Source of the DNA: Balamuthia mandrillaris
Taxonomy: Eukaryota
Direction of reading: 5' to 3'
NCBI GenBank assembly: GCA_031835245.2
Contig: JAVKOQ020000113.1
Span: 1-64,000 of the forward strand
DNA: 64,000 nt
In this document: one piece after another, positions 61,175 to 64,000 of the stretch
How the letters are laid out: each line of letters starts with the position of its first letter
Numbering within the stretch: position 1 is the stretch's first letter
Notes under the pieces: generated by a model
What the model was told of the DNA's origin: nothing
Database searches by the model: none
What the model saw: the letters and a program-made list of their open reading frames with translations, nothing else
Position numbers and translations under genes: made by a program

Positions 61175-64000
61175 GCAAGGAAAAGAGGAAAAAGGAAAGG
61201 GAAAGAAAAGGATAGCTAGATGATACAAAGTTGGTCTGAAATCTCATTAAACACCTTTCACTTGTGAATTGAGTAACAATTGGGAAGGCATTGAGGATGA
61301 GGGAGTAAGAAAAGTAAGAGTACACTATGTATGTACAAGGCTTACTTTTTATGTATAGATTGGTGTTGCTCTCAGAGCAAATAAACTTTTATTACTACTA
61401 GAATTGCTTTATTGTATTTGTGGTTTATGTTGAGAGCTTTTCTGATAGTACATCTGACCTCCTGGTCTATTGTTTCTAGGACAAGTAGGGCAAGAGTGTG
61501 GGTATAAGTAATGTAAACAAAAAAAAACCCCTACCTTACAATGAAGTAAAACAATTCTGAAAAATCAATGTAGCATTTCCATCAAGACGGCTTCCAGCAC
61601 ACTTAAAAGCCCTACTTATTAACAACATAGCCCTTAGATAGGTAGAATACAATAAAATAAGGTAGGGGTTTCCATCAAGTTCTACATAAAGACTAGGTGA
61701 TTTGTCATGAATGGAGGAGATTGCAGTTTTCTTTGGGTTAATGTTGATAGAGAATAGTTTGAGGAAAAGGTAAAGGTGTTTAAACAACGTGCTAATCTTT
61801 TCTGCTGAGTCTGCTAAGAGGACAATATCATCTGCAGAAGCATTATGGCAATATTTCTACCTTTTCTAGTGGTATGACCTAAGTTGAGGTTTGAAAGGAA
61901 TTCCATAATAGGGTTTAAGAATTATATAAAAAGGAGAGGTGAAAGGAGGTCACCTTGTTTTACACCTCTACTAACTGTGAAAGGGGGAGAGTCTCCATGT
62001 GGGGTGATGACAGTAGTTGTTGAGTCTTTGTAAATTCCTCTATAGACATCACCTGCTGGATCCTCCAGACCATACAGTTGAAGGGTTTTGAAGATAGCTT
62101 TTTGAGTCAAAGGCTTTTTGTATATCTACATATTGAGTATGCAATGGGTGATTGTGAGAGGCTGCATCCTCTATGATGCATCTCAGGGCTGTGATGTTGG
62201 AGTGGGTAGAGTGGTTTTTCCTAAAGCCGGATTGATAGGTAGAGAGGATATTTGCCTTGTGGAGGGCTTCTTCTAAGCGTTGTTGGATGAGTTTGGTGTA
62301 TACCTTGTAGATAATAGTACATAAGGCAATTGGTCTGTAGTTCATTGAAAGATCGGGGTTCCTTTAAAGATTAGGAATATTTTTGTAGTGTTCCACTCCT
62401 GTGGAAGTTCTTTCTTCTTGTGTACTTCATTGAGGGAGTCAAGGAAAGAGGAGAGGTTATAGTCATCTGTGAGTTTGAGTAGCTCTGCTATGACGTTATC
62501 ACTACCTAGGGCAGAGTCATTCTTGAGTGTTTTTATACACATTTTTAGTTCCTGCATAGAGAATAGAGCTATTATTTGGTTTGTTGCTTCTGGGTGCATT
62601 TTCTTTTGGAGAGATTGCCAGTAGCAGTTGTTATCAATATCAGGTGGGAGGGGACGTTCTTTGTACATGTTTTCCTAGAAGCGGCCTACATTTTTAGTGA
62701 TTTTTTCTGGGGTCACAGATGTTTTTGTAGTATTATCTTTTGCTAAGTAAGTGACACGATTTTGTTGACCTTCTTCCTTAAGTGAGGAGAGGTTCTTGAA
62801 TTTTTTGAAAAAGAGTTTTGAGGCTTTGTTGCTTGCTTTTATTATGTGTTGGACATTTAGCTGTGTGATTTTTCCTTTTCTTTTGCTTCATGAGTTTTCT
62901 GTATTCACTATTTAGTCTTTTGAGTTTTGAAAGGGCTTCTGTTATCCAGTTAGGGTCATCTAGATGGAGGGGCATTATTGCTCTATTTCTCTTGTAGTCT
63001 TTTTTCCTCCATTCCTTTTCTCCACAGAAGCTCTTGATGAGTTTGTGGAGGCGATTCTTTTGTTGAATTGTTTTTCCTAACTCTGGAATTGAGAGTGGGT
63101 GTTTTATTTGTTTGGGAGGTGGAAGGGCCTTTTTGGCAGCATTAACATATTTAAGCATAATATTATGAGGGTTTGTTGGAGTTATATCAAGTTCTATTCC
63201 AAGTAGTGTGTTAAAGTATTCTGTGTCTTCTGTGGAGGGTTTTCTTTGATAAGGAGGCGTTTCTTTGGGATGATTGGCTTAGTACATTGAAGGTTTATTG
63301 TGGCAGTGATAGGTTTATGGTCTGTTGAAATGTTTGTTTTACCATGTTTAGTGAAAATGAGTTTTTCAATTCTTTCTGTAAGAAAGTAGTCTATGCGAGT
63401 CCTTTGTGTGTATTTTCTGGTAGAGATGTATTGTTCACGGGTAGGTGTTCTAAGGTTGTCATTGAAATGTAAAAATGCGTCCTGTAGGTTATGGCGTTCT
63501 TTAAACTGGGAAAAGTTTTTATTAGGTTTGCCATTTCCATTGGAGTTATCATGAGGGAAATCATATGCATTGAGGTCTCCACATACTGTTATTGGATTTT
63601 TGTTTTCAAGACTGGTAAGGTAATTGTTGATGTCTCCATTCCAAAATAGTTTATTTTCTGTTCTGTTTGCTGGAGCATATATGTTGACCAAGATTAGCTT
63701 TTCAAGTTCTGAGTTACTTAGCTTTTTTGCTATCACCCTGTCTTTAATGTTGTCTGGTGGGGGTTGTAAGGGTTGGATCTATCCTGCTAGATAGGATGGA
63801 AAGATGAAAGCAACTCCTCTGTGGTTGTTTTTGTCTGTTGGAGTACTAGAGGTTATTGTAGTAAGGTTTTTTGGGACAGACCTAGTCCATTTTTGTGTTT
63901 AAGTTGCACATTCCTGTAGACAAAGGATATCAATACTATGTTTTTTTTGCATTTTTAAGAGTTCAGGGAGTTTATTGGAGATTCCTCCTCTAATATTGAG

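Larger units (their letters stand above)
56496..61398 (+). mobile_element. Full-length 4.9-kb LINE with 17-bp TSD TAGAATTGCTTTATTGT, AATAAA and (TAC)n tail
   Basis: TSD copies at 56479-56495 and 61399-61415. Contains ORF1 and ORF2. The 3' end reads GCAAATAAACTTTTATTACTAC. Confidence 0.92.
54540..64000 (-). mobile_element. Degraded AT-rich non-LTR retrotransposon (APE-RT-CCHC ORF2), interrupted by the nested LINE; 5' part beyond window end
   Basis: APE: LNIRG, LCLQE, VNIYAP, GDLN, RIDYF, TDHKP. RT: NYRPIAL, QSGFRK, DIQKAFDS, GVKQGDLLSPLLF, ADDIV. Zn knuckle CKLC..H....C near 55100-55150. Many frameshifts, and the 3' boundary is approximate. Confidence 0.85.

Overview
Gene-dense, intron-containing eukaryotic DNA (GT-AG introns, microsatellites, tight divergent and convergent gene pairs). 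Gene content suggests a free-living amoebozoan such as Balamuthia or Acanthamoeba, which is an inference. Bases 1-39 kb hold mostly housekeeping and signalling genes: FKBP, a secreted FG-GAP protein, a dual hybrid histidine kinase, a CAP protein, RECQL4, an OPA-family MFS transporter, SNU13, a GRAM protein, a USP, a sterol C5-desaturase, a thiolase, RPS16, a GRAM/Qbc-SNARE, XRCC2, uricase and TypA/BipA. The most notable feature is a complete 2,482-bp non-autonomous DNA transposon (33170-35651) with about 45-bp imperfect TIRs and a perfect 10-bp target-site duplication. It carries a Fanzor2/TnpB-like RNA-guided nuclease gene with an N-terminal C2H2 finger, a candidate omegaRNA region and an E2F-like promoter motif. 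Further on is an intronless 9.2-kb bacterial-type NRPS-PKS (A-T-C-C*-A-T-KS, with the KS lacking one catalytic His). From about 48.7 kb to the end lies a CpG-depleted retroelement cluster: a full-length LINE with a 17-bp TSD nested inside another LINE, a decayed second copy, and gag and LTR remnants. Exon boundaries were read by eye, and no database searches were run.
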